DNA of 64,000 nucleotides from Schizochytrium sp. TIO01 (GCA_004764695.1 SMSO01000037.1:3572747-3636746), one strand, 5' to 3'; positions 25,600 to 35,913 are shown, numbered from the stretch's first letter. A program made the numbers and translations. Notes: generated by a model from the sequence alone, not told the origin.

Positions 25600-26114
25600 C
25601 TCCCTTAGTGGTTTTTTGGTAGGTAAACTTGGAGAACATTCATAAATCTGTATGGAAAAGTCGGTGCTTGATTTTGATCGTTTTTTCTGTTTTTTTAGAG
25701 AACATGATTGCTCGGAGAGGGTTGAAATCGTCCTGAGCAAAATCAATGCAATGTGTTGATCGCATAGAAGTATTTCCACGATCAAGCTTCTTGAAATTCT
25801 TTCAAGACTATTCAACAAGAACTTTGCATATTTTTAAAAGGGAGCAGCTCTTACAAACCTAGAGAGCCCTGCCTATCGCATTGCGATTGAACTCTGAATC
25901 CTGTGGTCTGTCTCAACCATCGTATGACCCGTCGATCACCTGTTCTCGCATCGAACAAGAAAAAAAAGAGCCACCCGAAATTTTGATTGGACTGCCTTGC
26001 ATGCCGAAGTGGAATCTCCCATTCTCCTTTATGACTTTGGTCAATTTGTACTGCCGTTGTGTCTTGGAAAATGTCTCCCCCTTTATTCTTACAGTCTAAC
26101 CGTAATTCTCGCAT
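25600..26114 (-). mobile_element. Possible decayed IS1595/Merlin-type DDE transposase fragment
   Basis: Minus-strand peptide KGG...AVQIDQS...GWLFFFLFDARTG resembles the Merlin motif GG..V(E/Q)IDES...WVFG..DR.TG. Downstream sequence is broken by stops and no TIRs were found. Confidence 0.25.
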
Positions 26115-26690
26115 GCTATAATTGGACTATTATTGGGCGCCTACCCACTTACTACTCATTCATTAGTATGTGAGCCCACTTTCCCTAAACGCAACGACAG
26201 AACTACTAGCAGGAATGTTGCAAATGGCTGTGCCATGTCCTCGTCGCTTTCTCTTGCTTCCCCAGGCCCAAGCAAGCCTTCCCGTGTCATCGAGAACCGA
26301 GGTCATTTCCTGCTCCACAATGTGCGTGTTGCCTGCTGCTCCTGAGATTCTGCTCTGCATCCAACTGCAGTGCTTGCTGGCTTGAGCTGCCTGTGAACGG
26401 AAAGCCCTGCATGGCAATTTAACTGTCTGTCTACTACCTCGCTAGGAGGCTTAGAGAGGCGCCTATATCTCATCCCACTGGTAGAGCTCTGTCTATGTGC
26501 CCTCTACTGGGTAGGCCCAGCTAGTGGAGACTACTACAGTAGCTGGTCCTAGCACTGCTAACTGATTCTTTTCTCCATATTGATGGCCTATATGATAGAT
26601 ATTAATTATGGACATAGAGAGAGAGAGAGAGGGATATATGGAAAGAGAGGAGAGCATCTTTGGAGGGGTGTATAGAGCGAGTGTTAGAGA

Positions 26691-27000
26691 GCGGTAAAAC
26701 CAATTTGCCGTTTGTGCAATGGTGGTAAGCTTGCGAACGTTATAGAAGAAAAGCCGAGACTTCCGGAAGACCCCTCTGAGCGGGCTTCGCGAAGGAGGAT
26801 TGTGACGACGGTTGGCGGTAAACATAAGTCCGCGAGCACGTTTATCGCGCTCAGGCTCCTCCTCGCGCCGATCCTGAGCGTCCAAGAGTAGCAGATAGGA
26901 GCCCTCACACCAACGTTTACAATATTTTAGCCAAGGGCGTCGAATCCTGACCTTCGACCTCCGCAGAACAGGCATTCAAGCTTACAGTTCAATCAGCCGC
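26691..27000 (-). ncRNA. Candidate structured non-coding RNA (long rod-like fold), class unknown
   Basis: Nested complementary blocks: 26725-33/26977-85 (9 bp), 26775-78/26964-67, 26781-83/26961-63, 26790-95/26951-56, 26796-801/26943-48, 26806-10/26938-42, 26812-16/26930-34, 26819-22/26926-29. Extra G-U pairs favour the minus strand. Confidence 0.45.
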
Positions 27001-27114
27001 CTTTATTTCTCTCTTTTCATTTCAATACAGATCACACTCCTTCCTGAGAAAACGCTTTTCCATAGCGGGCAAACTCAGAACCGAAAGAGTTTCTTTCTCC
27101 GCCGTCGCAGACAC

Positions 27115-27188
27115 CGATCAATCGATCGGTCAGCAGACAGACAGACAGATAGACAGATAGGCTCTCAGTCGGTCAGTCGGTCAGTCAC
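27115..27188. repeat. Microsatellite cluster (CAGA/TAGA; TCAGTCGG) upstream of CCT3
   Basis: cagacagacagacagatagacagatag and tcagtcggtcagtcggtcagtc. Confidence 0.8.
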
Positions 27189-27268
27189 TGCGAACTAGGC
27201 TTTGTTTCGTTGTGGACGGCGAAGTTCGAATCCAAATCCAAATCGAAGTTTGAGATCGAAGCGAAAAC

Positions 27269-28879
27269 ATGATGCAGGCCAGAGGCAACCCAGGCGTCTT
27301 CGTCCTGAACCAGACGCAGCGCCGCGAAAGCGGTCGCAAGACACAGCTCGCCAATGTTCAGGCCGCGCGTGCTGTAAGTGACATCGTTCGCACCACCCTT
27401 GGTCCCAACTCTGCACTCAAGATGCTTATCGACTCGCTTGGTGGCATCGTCCTTACCAACGACGGCCATGCCATCCTCCGTGAGCTCGATGTGTCTCACC
27501 CCGCAGCCAAGAGCATGCTTGAGCTTGCTCGTAGCCAAGACGAAGAGGCTGGAGATGGCTCCACCTCCGTTATTGTGCTCAGCGGCGAGATGCTCACTGT
27601 GGCTGAGCCTTTCCTTCGTGCCGAGCGCCTGCACCCTACCCAGATCGTTCAAGCGTATTACCGCGCAATGGAGGAGGCCCTTGCTGTCTGCGATCAGATC
27701 GCTCGCCCTCTCGATATCACCGACCGTGAGTCTCTGTTTAAGATCGTTGACGCCTCTGTGGGAACTAAATATGTGCACCGCTGGGGCGATAAGATCGTCA
27801 ACATGGCTCTCGATGCCGTAATGAAGATCACTGTTCAGGGGAGGGCCAGTTCAAAGGAGGTTGATATCAAGCGCTATGCTCGTATTGAGAAGATCCCTGG
27901 CGGAGAGCTCTCCGACTGCCTTGTGCTCGATGGTGTCATGCTGAACAAGGATGTAACTCACTCCAAGATGAGACGTCGTATTGAAAACCCGCGTATCCTG
28001 CTCCTTGACTGCTCTCTCGAGTACAAGAAGGGTGAGTCTCAGACAAGTGTAGAGCTCAGCAATGACACCGACTGGGATGTGCTTCTCAAGCTCGAGGAGG
28101 AGTACGTTGAGCGACTCTGCGCAGATATTATTAGCCATAAGCCTGACCTCGTGCTCTGCGAGAAGGGTGTGTCGGATCTTGCACAGCACTACTTGCAGAA
28201 GGCTGGAATCACTGCACTCCGCCGCCTTCGCAAGACAGATAACAACCGTGTTGCACGTGCCACTGGTGCCACTATTGTGTCCCGTACTGAGGAGATCCAG
28301 GAGTCTGACATCGGCACTGGCTGTGGTCTCTTTGAGGTCCGGAAGATCGGCGATGAATACTTTAGTTTTATTGAGAAGTGCGAAAGCCCCAAAGCGTGTA
28401 CATTGCTCCTCCGCGGAGGCTCAAAGGATGTTCTTAACGAGGTTGAGCGTAACATTCAGGATGCCATGCAAGTCGCCAAAAACATTGTGCTTGAGCCCAA
28501 GGTTCTCCCTGGCGGTGGTGCCACTGAGATGGCTATTGCACAGGCCCTCTCTGAGAAGTCCAAGACTATTGAGGGTGTGCAGCAGTGGCCGTACAAGGCT
28601 GTTGGTATTGCGTTCGAGGTGATCCCGCGTACCCTTTTGGAAAACTGCGGTGTTGATGTTGTGCGCCGTCTTACCGAGCTCCGTGCCTTGCACGCTCAGG
28701 GTGGCAACACTAACATGGGTGTCAACGGTGAAACCGGTGAGCTTGTGTCTATGGAAGAACTTAACATTTGGGAGCCTTTCAGTGTCAAGACTCAGATTGT
28801 TAAGACCTCTATTGAGGCTGCCGCTATGCTTCTTCGTGTGGATGATGTCGTATCTGGCACCAAGAAGGATGGAAAGTAA
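27269..28879 (+). CDS. CCT3: T-complex protein 1 subunit gamma (CCT/TRiC chaperonin)
   Basis: VFVLNQ..RESGRK, RTTLGP, TNDGHAILRELDVSHPAAKS, GDGSTSV, YARIEKIPGG, LEYKKGESQT, RRLRKTDNNR and GDEYFSFI are gamma-subunit-type motifs. Codons are highly biased. Confidence 0.97.
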   Translation: MMQARGNPGVFVLNQTQRRESGRKTQLANVQAARAVSDIVRTTLGPNSALKMLIDSLGGIVLTNDGHAILRELDVSHPAAKSMLELARSQDEEAGDGSTSVIVLSGEMLTVAEPFLRAERLHPTQIVQAYYRAMEEALAVCDQIARPLDITDRESLFKIVDASVGTKYVHRWGDKIVNMALDAVMKITVQGRASSKEVDIKRYARIEKIPGGELSDCLVLDGVMLNKDVTHSKMRRRIENPRILLLDCSLEYKKGESQTSVELSNDTDWDVLLKLEEEYVERLCADIISHKPDLVLCEKGVSDLAQHYLQKAGITALRRLRKTDNNRVARATGATIVSRTEEIQESDIGTGCGLFEVRKIGDEYFSFIEKCESPKACTLLLRGGSKDVLNEVERNIQDAMQVAKNIVLEPKVLPGGGATEMAIAQALSEKSKTIEGVQQWPYKAVGIAFEVIPRTLLENCGVDVVRRLTELRALHAQGGNTNMGVNGETGELVSMEELNIWEPFSVKTQIVKTSIEAAAMLLRVDDVVSGTKKDGK

Positions 28880-28969
28880 TTTTAATGCACGCATGCAGCA
28901 CCAGCTTGTTTTTCTTTTACAAATCACCATACATACAAACGCCCACAAACCAAACAAAACCCAAAACAA

Positions 28970-29580
28970 ATTTACAAAACTACTTGTCTCTGAGCTTGCT
29001 TTCGTTTTCTTCTTTCTACCTTTGCTGCAATTTTTGTTCTTTTTGGACTCTTTCTTTTCTTCTTTGTTTTTTAATCTTCTTGTCTTGCATAGCTGAATGA
29101 TGTCTGAGCAAATTTAGTCTTACTTGTCTTCTTCATGTATTCTATTCTCTGGTCCTGTGATCTTTGTCTTCTTTTCTTAGCATACGCGTTGAGTGAAGTC
29201 AGTCTTTGATAAAATCATATTATTATTTCAAGTGCCAGGTTTGCTAGTTAAATCGCAATCACCCATATCTGCTTTTAGCGTTTCACTTCCAGGTGTCAAG
29301 ATCTCCAATTGCCTTGATAATTCTGATAAGCGGTTGTGGAAGTTTTTCACCACTCTTCAAAGCATAGCATTTGACTCAGCTTCTTTTTGAAGGCCTATGC
29401 AATTTCCTGTTTCCATAACAAACTTATGGGTTTATGTGTGAAAACAGCCCGTGGAAATAAGTGTCAGCTGGCTTGGAGTAACCCAGGCACAGGTCGAGCC
29501 CAGTTCACGGCAACACTAATAATTTTTTCCTCTTCGTCTTTCTTTTTCTAAAGTGCTTTCTTGTGTCCATATCATAGCAT
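28970..29580 (-). pseudogene. Decayed reading frame with K/E-rich end, possibly a pogo/DDE_1 transposase C-terminus
   Basis: One frame from 29416 reads METGNCIGLQKEAESNAML*RVVKNFHNRLSELSRQLEIL...ILSKTDFTQRVC*EKKTK...KNKEEKKESKKNK. Each of the 5 in-frame stops is one C>T change from CGA or CAA. Confidence 0.4.
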
Positions 29581-29822
29581 GCGACGATGACTAAGTTTAT
29601 GTACCGCCCTACCTATCTGCTTGACAAATACTTCCTGCCTGTAGGCCAAGATAAGTACCTATGTAGCCTATTAACCTTACTGCTAGAAGGCTCCTTGTCT
29701 CAATATTCACCTACAGACGACCTAGCCCATTGCCGAAGCAATTCTAATGAAAGAGCATATCCTTCACAATCCACGCGAAGAGACCCTGCCTAAATATTCA
29801 TGAGTTATTATGGCTATCCTTA

Positions 29823-29957
29823 ATTCATTCGAGTTCATTCATTCATTCGAGTTCATTCATTCATTCGAGTTCATTCGAGTTCATTCGAGTTCATTCGAGT
29901 TCATTCGAGTTCATTCATTCATTCGAGTTCATTCATTCATTCATTCACTCATTCATT
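29823..29957. repeat. Compound minisatellite (TTCATTCGAG)n/(TTCA)n
   Basis: Read directly: ~135 bp of ttcattcgag units interspersed with ttca units. Confidence 0.95.
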
Positions 29958-30341
29958 CCTATAGTACAGTTAGTTCTTTGAATTTATTCCAAACAATTTT
30001 ATCCCACTTATAACCAAATAGATGGATACCTACATAGTAAGCTACGTACCGAATTTGGTAAATAAAAAATTGATTCAACTTTCGCTGGTGGAGACAGTTC
30101 AAGGATATCCTTGCTAATATGAGATATCCTAGAATAGCTGTCTGAGTGGCGCCGGAGGACCAACCAGCGCAAGCAAGCAAAATTGAGGAAATTGAAGGAG
30201 CAGAGGCACCAGCAGATCTCTTCGTGCGAAGAGTGATCAGTCGTGTGCAAGTCTGCAAAGAGCAGCCTGAGTTCCAGTCAGCAGTTGAACTATCTTCAAC
30301 AGTAGCTTGTAAAACATTTGCACGGATAAACTCTACTCAAG

Positions 30342-31418
30342 ATGAGCGCTGAGGACAAGAAGGTTGAGGTTGAACCTCCCGTGGCCCCCAAGGCCGCCGC
30401 CTCTGCTGAGACTGATGAGAAGCAGCTGAGCCTTACGAGCAAGGACTACTACTTTGACTCGTACTCCCACCACGGAATTCATGAGGAGATGCTCAAGGAC
30501 GAGGTCCGCACCATGTCCTATATGCGCAGCATTGTGCAAAACAAGCACCTCTTTGAGGGCAAGACCGTCCTCGATGTTGGATGCGGCACTGGAATCTTGA
30601 GCATGTTTGCTGCCAAGGCTGGCGCCAAGAAGGTGTATGCTGTCGACTTCTCTGGTATTGCTGAGCAGGCTAAGAAGATCGTCAAGGCCAACAACCTTGA
30701 TAATGTTGTTGAGGTCATTCGCGGCAAGATCGAGGAGGTGGAGCTCGACTGTGGCCCCGGTGGAGTTGACATTATCATCTCTGAATGGATGGGATACTTT
30801 CTCCTTTACGAATCCATGCTCGATAGCGTACTTGTGGCCCGTGATAAGTGGCTCAACAAGGAGACTGGTATTATGATGCCCGATAAGGCAAAGATGTACA
30901 TTTGTGGTATTGAGGATGCCCAGTACAAGGAAGAGAAGATCCACTACTGGAACAATGTCTACGGCTTCGACATGAGCGTCATTAAGGAGATGGCCTTCAC
31001 TGAGCCTCTCGTCGAAACCGTTGACAGCAACACGGTCATGACTACTCCATGCCTCCTTGCCGAGTTCGACGTTGGCACCATGAAGCAAAGCGAGGTTGAC
31101 TTTTCTAGCAAATTCAACATTGAAGCCATTCGCGATGATTACTGCCACGCCCTTCTCGTATACTTTGACATCGAATTTAGCAAGTGCCACAAGCCTGTTC
31201 ACTTCAGCACCGGCCCGCACGCCCAATACACACACTGGAAGCAAACTATCTTCTACCTTCGCGACGACCTCACCATCAACCAGGGTGAGCGCATCACTGG
31301 TACCATCTCCACCAAGCAGAACAAGGGCAACAAGCGCGACCTTGATATTGAGCTCGAGTACGAGTTCGAGGGTGAGCACCAAAAGGCCACCCGCAAGGAC
31401 ATCTACAGGCTTCGCTAG
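30342..31418 (+). CDS. PRMT1: Type I protein arginine N-methyltransferase 1
   Basis: DYYFDSYSHHGIHEEMLKD, VLDVGCGTGILS, double-E loop IISEWMGYFLLYESM, THW loop YTHWKQT, and C-terminal YRLR. Confidence 0.96.
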   Translation: MSAEDKKVEVEPPVAPKAAASAETDEKQLSLTSKDYYFDSYSHHGIHEEMLKDEVRTMSYMRSIVQNKHLFEGKTVLDVGCGTGILSMFAAKAGAKKVYAVDFSGIAEQAKKIVKANNLDNVVEVIRGKIEEVELDCGPGGVDIIISEWMGYFLLYESMLDSVLVARDKWLNKETGIMMPDKAKMYICGIEDAQYKEEKIHYWNNVYGFDMSVIKEMAFTEPLVETVDSNTVMTTPCLLAEFDVGTMKQSEVDFSSKFNIEAIRDDYCHALLVYFDIEFSKCHKPVHFSTGPHAQYTHWKQTIFYLRDDLTINQGERITGTISTKQNKGNKRDLDIELEYEFEGEHQKATRKDIYRLR

Positions 31419-31960
31419 AGCTGCTTGACCTAAACACGCCGCCACGCTTTTTATCTCTTCTCACTTATCCTGTCACATTCGGCTACTCTAAACGAGAGAT
31501 TAGAATTCTTACACCATTTTCGCTGTTTTTGTTTCTTTCAACGTTCAAACTCGATCTCACAGAAGGACATGCAATTTCCCTTTAGAAAGAAAAGATCACC
31601 ACATATTGATGATCTCCTATTTTAAACAATTGAAATAAATATCTTCTTTAAAATATATTATGCTGTTCTTCAAAAACTTTTTTTTCGTTGGTTTTCTTTT
31701 CCTTTCTATATAGATCACGAAGGAAGTCTGTAATTTCTTTGCACTGTATTTGCTCTCTTTTGAAAAAAAAAAATACAACTGCTACGTACTTTGGCCGAAC
31801 TATGTCGCAATCACAGCATCATCCACACATTAACTTGCATATATTATACATATTCATAAAAGGTGTTGTGTTTGAAATGCATAATCGTGTTGAAATAGCC
31901 CAGGAGTCTCTCTACACCATGGAGCCCTAGACCCGAGGCTTGCAGCTCTTTACACATCCA

Positions 31961-34900
31961 CTAATACATCGGGTTATATTGTAACTCGATGTCGTCTCGT
32001 CCCAATCCTGGAGGAGGGCCTGGTATGTCATCATACATTTCAGGGTGAAATGCGGCTACGTCCATCTTACGCGTTGCAGCTGAAGGACTTAATGCGTTTG
32101 CATGAGCAGCTCCCAGCTCCCTCTTTTCACGGCGTCGCTTTTGGCGATTGTGCATATCACGAGCCATAATTGCCATTACAATCCCACCGACTACGCAGAA
32201 GACACCAAAAACTATTGCAATTGATTTGAGAACACTTGACATTCCACTATCCGATGAGTCAGCATCTCCGTTATTCAAAGATGTTGTACCATCGCTTCCC
32301 GTCGAGGAAGAACCCTCTAGATCCATACCAGTTGTATTCGTCCCAGCTGTGGCTAGACTTGGAGACTGGCTTGGACTTGTGCTTGGTGTAAATGTAATAT
32401 GTTCTGATGTTGAGTTTGATGTTGGGTCTGGTGTTGGGTCTAGCGTAGGCTGTAGCGTAGGCTGTAGCGTGGGCTGTGGCGTGGGCTGTGGCGTGGGCTG
32501 TGGCGTAGGCTGTGGCGTGGGCTGTGGCGTGGGCTGTGGCGTGGGCTGTGGCGTAGGCTGTGGCGTGGGCTGTGGCGTAGGCTGTGGCGTGGGCTGTGGC
32601 GTGGGCTGTGGCGTAGGCTGTAGCGTAGGCTGTAGCGTAGGCTGTGGCGTTGGTAACCCAAAAAAGTTATCGATGATATCGCCGACGATTCCACGGCTGT
32701 TATTATTGGTTGGTGCTAGGGTTGGTGTCAGTGTCTGATCATTCGTAGGACTCGACGTGGGGAAACTGGTCGGGTTTACGGTTGGCTTGGTTGTTGGTTT
32801 TACAGTTGGCTCAGATGTAGGTGTCGCAGTTGGAAAGAATGTAGGCTTTAAGGTGGGCTTAGATGTAGGTTTTACAGTTGGAAAATCTGTAGGGGAACTT
32901 GTTGGTGTTTGAGTTGGGTACTTTGTCGGCTGAAGAGTAGGGAAGTTAGTAGGGATTTTGGTTGGGTTCATGGTTGGCTTGGATGTAGGCTTTGGAGTTG
33001 GCTCAACGGTAGGAAAATTCGTAGGTAGAAGGGAGGGATACGTCGTTGGTTCAGATGTAGGATTCTTCGTAGGAGCTAGTGTTGGAGCGTCGGTTGTGAG
33101 TTCCAACCAGGAACTATAGCTTGTCATATCTATGCTTGACCCACTTGCACAACTTATTTGGATCGTTATGGTTCCCGAAGAAATCGACCAAGCAGAAGCC
33201 TCCAAGTCTATGGGCCAGAACGCGTTCGTGGTACTGTGGGCCGCAACTGCGGTATTGGTGCGAAGATCGTAAAAACGCCATTTCCCTGTTTTGGATGCAA
33301 CCAATTTATAGGTTTCTGACTCAAAGCAAGGGCGGCCGTTTTCAATTGTTGTATATGTAAAAGTCCAGCAATAGCTGAGTAACCTAAAACCAAAAGATCT
33401 AAGCATGGGTAGAAACATTCGTCCAAGGCAGCAGGGCTAGGTAATTGGTTGGATGAACACCCTGCACAGTCAGGCAAAGAATCACAGGCACAGCTCAAAT
33501 TGAAACCATCTAAGGCATCTGTAACAAGAATAGGATGCTGTACATCAAGATTTGTGAGAACTTCATAGTAGGCAACTGAGCCAACCGATGGGCCAAGAAC
33601 CCACATGTTTGATAAGTAATAGATAGCGTAAGGGTTTGTGCGAGTACTGGCTCCGTAAATTGTCCAGGCACGAAGATTATTATAATACCCGTGTGGTACA
33701 TATAAGCCATCTGCTCCGTAGTAAGAGTTTGCGACGTCTGTGGCTTGTAAAAAGATATTCTCACAAGCTTTAACACAAGACTTAAGACTGACGCTTTGTG
33801 GAAGAGAAATTTTCCCATTTGGACAATCTAGGCACGACTGTATCATTCGACTATAGTAACGATTCGCTGTACAGTATAGAGTCTCACATTCAGGTGTAAA
33901 AGAGAACCCTTTCGGAGAACCATGAACAAGCAAATAGTTAGTTTGCATAAATGCATGAAACCGAACTTCCGCCCCGTCTAATGAAGAGTATGTATCACCA
34001 CTTTCCTCAATGTACAAGTCCTTAATTGCAATTTTTGTCTTTACATATCCACAGGTAAAAGAAGTACCATCATCAACGAAGACTTGAGAACCAGAACCAT
34101 TTACATACATTACACTAGCTGCATTTGTACCGATATCTGCAAGCAAGGTATCTGATGAAGATGGACGAACGTAACCATAAATAGAGTTACTAGAAGTGTC
34201 CATCGTGATGACCCAAATGTCGTACTTGCCGTGAAGGACTGGCAAATATGTGTCTGGTTTGAAAACAAAATAATAGTCGTACTCCCCCAGAGTTTTCATG
34301 TAAACTGGCATATCGTTCATTATTTCTCCTGTGTTCTCCCATAGTCCCGAATAGTACGGTTCAAGTGAAACCTCTACGTCACATGATGATGATTCGCAGC
34401 CTGTATAGAAGGGTACATAACCTGAAGCCCCTACCCCAATGTCAGCGGAATCGAAGTTCGGGTTCATGCTGCTATCAACCATACCTGAGGAGTTGATGTA
34501 GAGATTTGCTGGCAAACGCTCGTACAAATAAATCCCAGGGTCGCTTGCGTTTGTTGATAATAAACTTGCGTTAATACATTCTTGTTGAATAATAACGGTT
34601 GCAGGATCTGTCACGGTAAATTTAAACAACTGCGATTCGTTTGAGCTCGTTGTTACAGATGCGTTACAACTTGCCGAATCAAGCTGGGCACTAGTCGACT
34701 GCAATGTCCAGCTGTCCAGGTACTCCACCTGCACCTGGATGGCTGGAACATCTGTGTTGACCTTCACAACTCGAATGTGTGCACTTGTTCGACCGAAGTC
34801 ATATATGTAAGACTGGCCAACTGGGACAAATGCATCACCAAGATCGCTTGTAAGAGGTTCGTAGTCTAAAATTCTAGAAGGTCCGTACGTACCTGCAGTG

Positions 34901-35913
34901 CCTGAGTATGCCCATGTCAGCAATGCGCCATCCAGTTCAAAGTAGTTTTGGCGATACTCAATCCACAAATATCTGCTTGCGTCAGCTGTGTATAGCTTCA
35001 GACCGTACAATCTTCCATCTTCATATGAACCCTCATCATGAGCATAAACCCAATATGTTCCTCCTAAGGCACAGTACGAGAGTGCTTCACAATAATCTGA
35101 TGAACCCAAAATCTGCACTTGAGAATCGACATCTACCCAGCCAAACGTTGCTTTCGCGCCAATAGTAAAATGGGACGCCGGGAGGCTTCCTAAATTCCCC
35201 ATGATGCTATATTTATTTCCGTACGCAGATGTGCCATAGCCAGCATGCCCAGCTCCGAATGTATGACCAAGTTCGTGTGCAAGGGTTTGGGAAAAAGCAT
35301 TGGGGTCATCATCGAGTCCGTTAATCCATACATATTTGCCAGGTAGTTCTCCAAGGCCTTCTACAGTGACGCCGTTCGCGCGAAGGTTTGCGCATCTTGG
35401 CAATGAAATGACAATGCGTTCAAATTGATATGCGTAAACAGAGCCTATCATCGATTTGGTGGCGGAAGCAATATCCTGAAAGCTTGGAACTGCTCCTCCA
35501 ATTGTACAAACCGGAGTTGAAGTATCGCTTGATGACATGGCAAATGTATCAATCTCGACTACAGATGGATACATCGTAACATTAAATTTTGCATTTCCTC
35601 CTGATGTCTCTACGTAGAAATCGTTAATTTGCAAAGTCACATTGTCTACAAAGGTTTGTGTGAGCTCTGTATATGTGTAATTGTCCTGCGTTGAAGTAAC
35701 ACGGACAATAAGTAAATCGTACAAGGTTTCATCAGCTAACCTTCGATCCTGTACACTGCTACTAGATACAACTAGCTTATCTTGATTCTTTGTTAAGTTA
35801 GAATGCGATCGAGGAGGCAGGAGTATACCGTGAGCCTGAAAATCTCTTAATCGTGCCACGAACAATGCAAGAGCAATCACCAGGAGCTGTCGCCATGACG
35901 GTAAATGCGTCAT
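31961..35913 (-). CDS. Membrane-anchored M11/gametolysin-like zinc metalloprotease with Cys-rich repeat, PT-rich stalk, TM and cytoplasmic tail (~1317 aa after restoring 1 nt at ~33359-33362)
   Basis: Signal peptide, then RRL, HELGHTFGAGH, and Met-turn YGNKYSIMG. ORFs 33208-35913 and 31961-33418 join as ...YSAIAG(L)FTYTTIENGRP if one base is added at GGACTTTTACA. Also PTxxPT/PTPQ repeats and TM IAIVFGVFCVVGGIVMAIMA. Confidence 0.85.
32441..32650 (-). repeat. Coding 12-bp tandem repeat encoding (PTPQ/PTLQ)n
   Basis: (ggctgtggcgtg/ggctgtagcgta)n on the + strand. Confidence 0.95.

Noticed and set aside
26493-26975. 160-aa minus ORF
   Set aside because: Runs through a (CT)n tract and has atypical composition; the region is better explained by RNA-like pairing.
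26691-27000. Assignment of the structured element to SRP, U1/U2, U3, RNase P/MRP, telomerase RNA, hammerhead or HDV ribozyme
   Set aside because: Each lacks key motifs: no helix-8 signature, no ACTTACCTG or GTAGTA, no C/D boxes, no convincing P4, no telomere template, no CUGANGA core.
27220-27240. GTTCGAATCC tRNA T-loop/B-box-like motif
   Set aside because: No cloverleaf; it lies in the CCT3 leader.
30333-31445. 370-aa minus ORF mirroring PRMT1
   Set aside because: Antisense shadow of a highly biased gene, with no protein motifs of its own.
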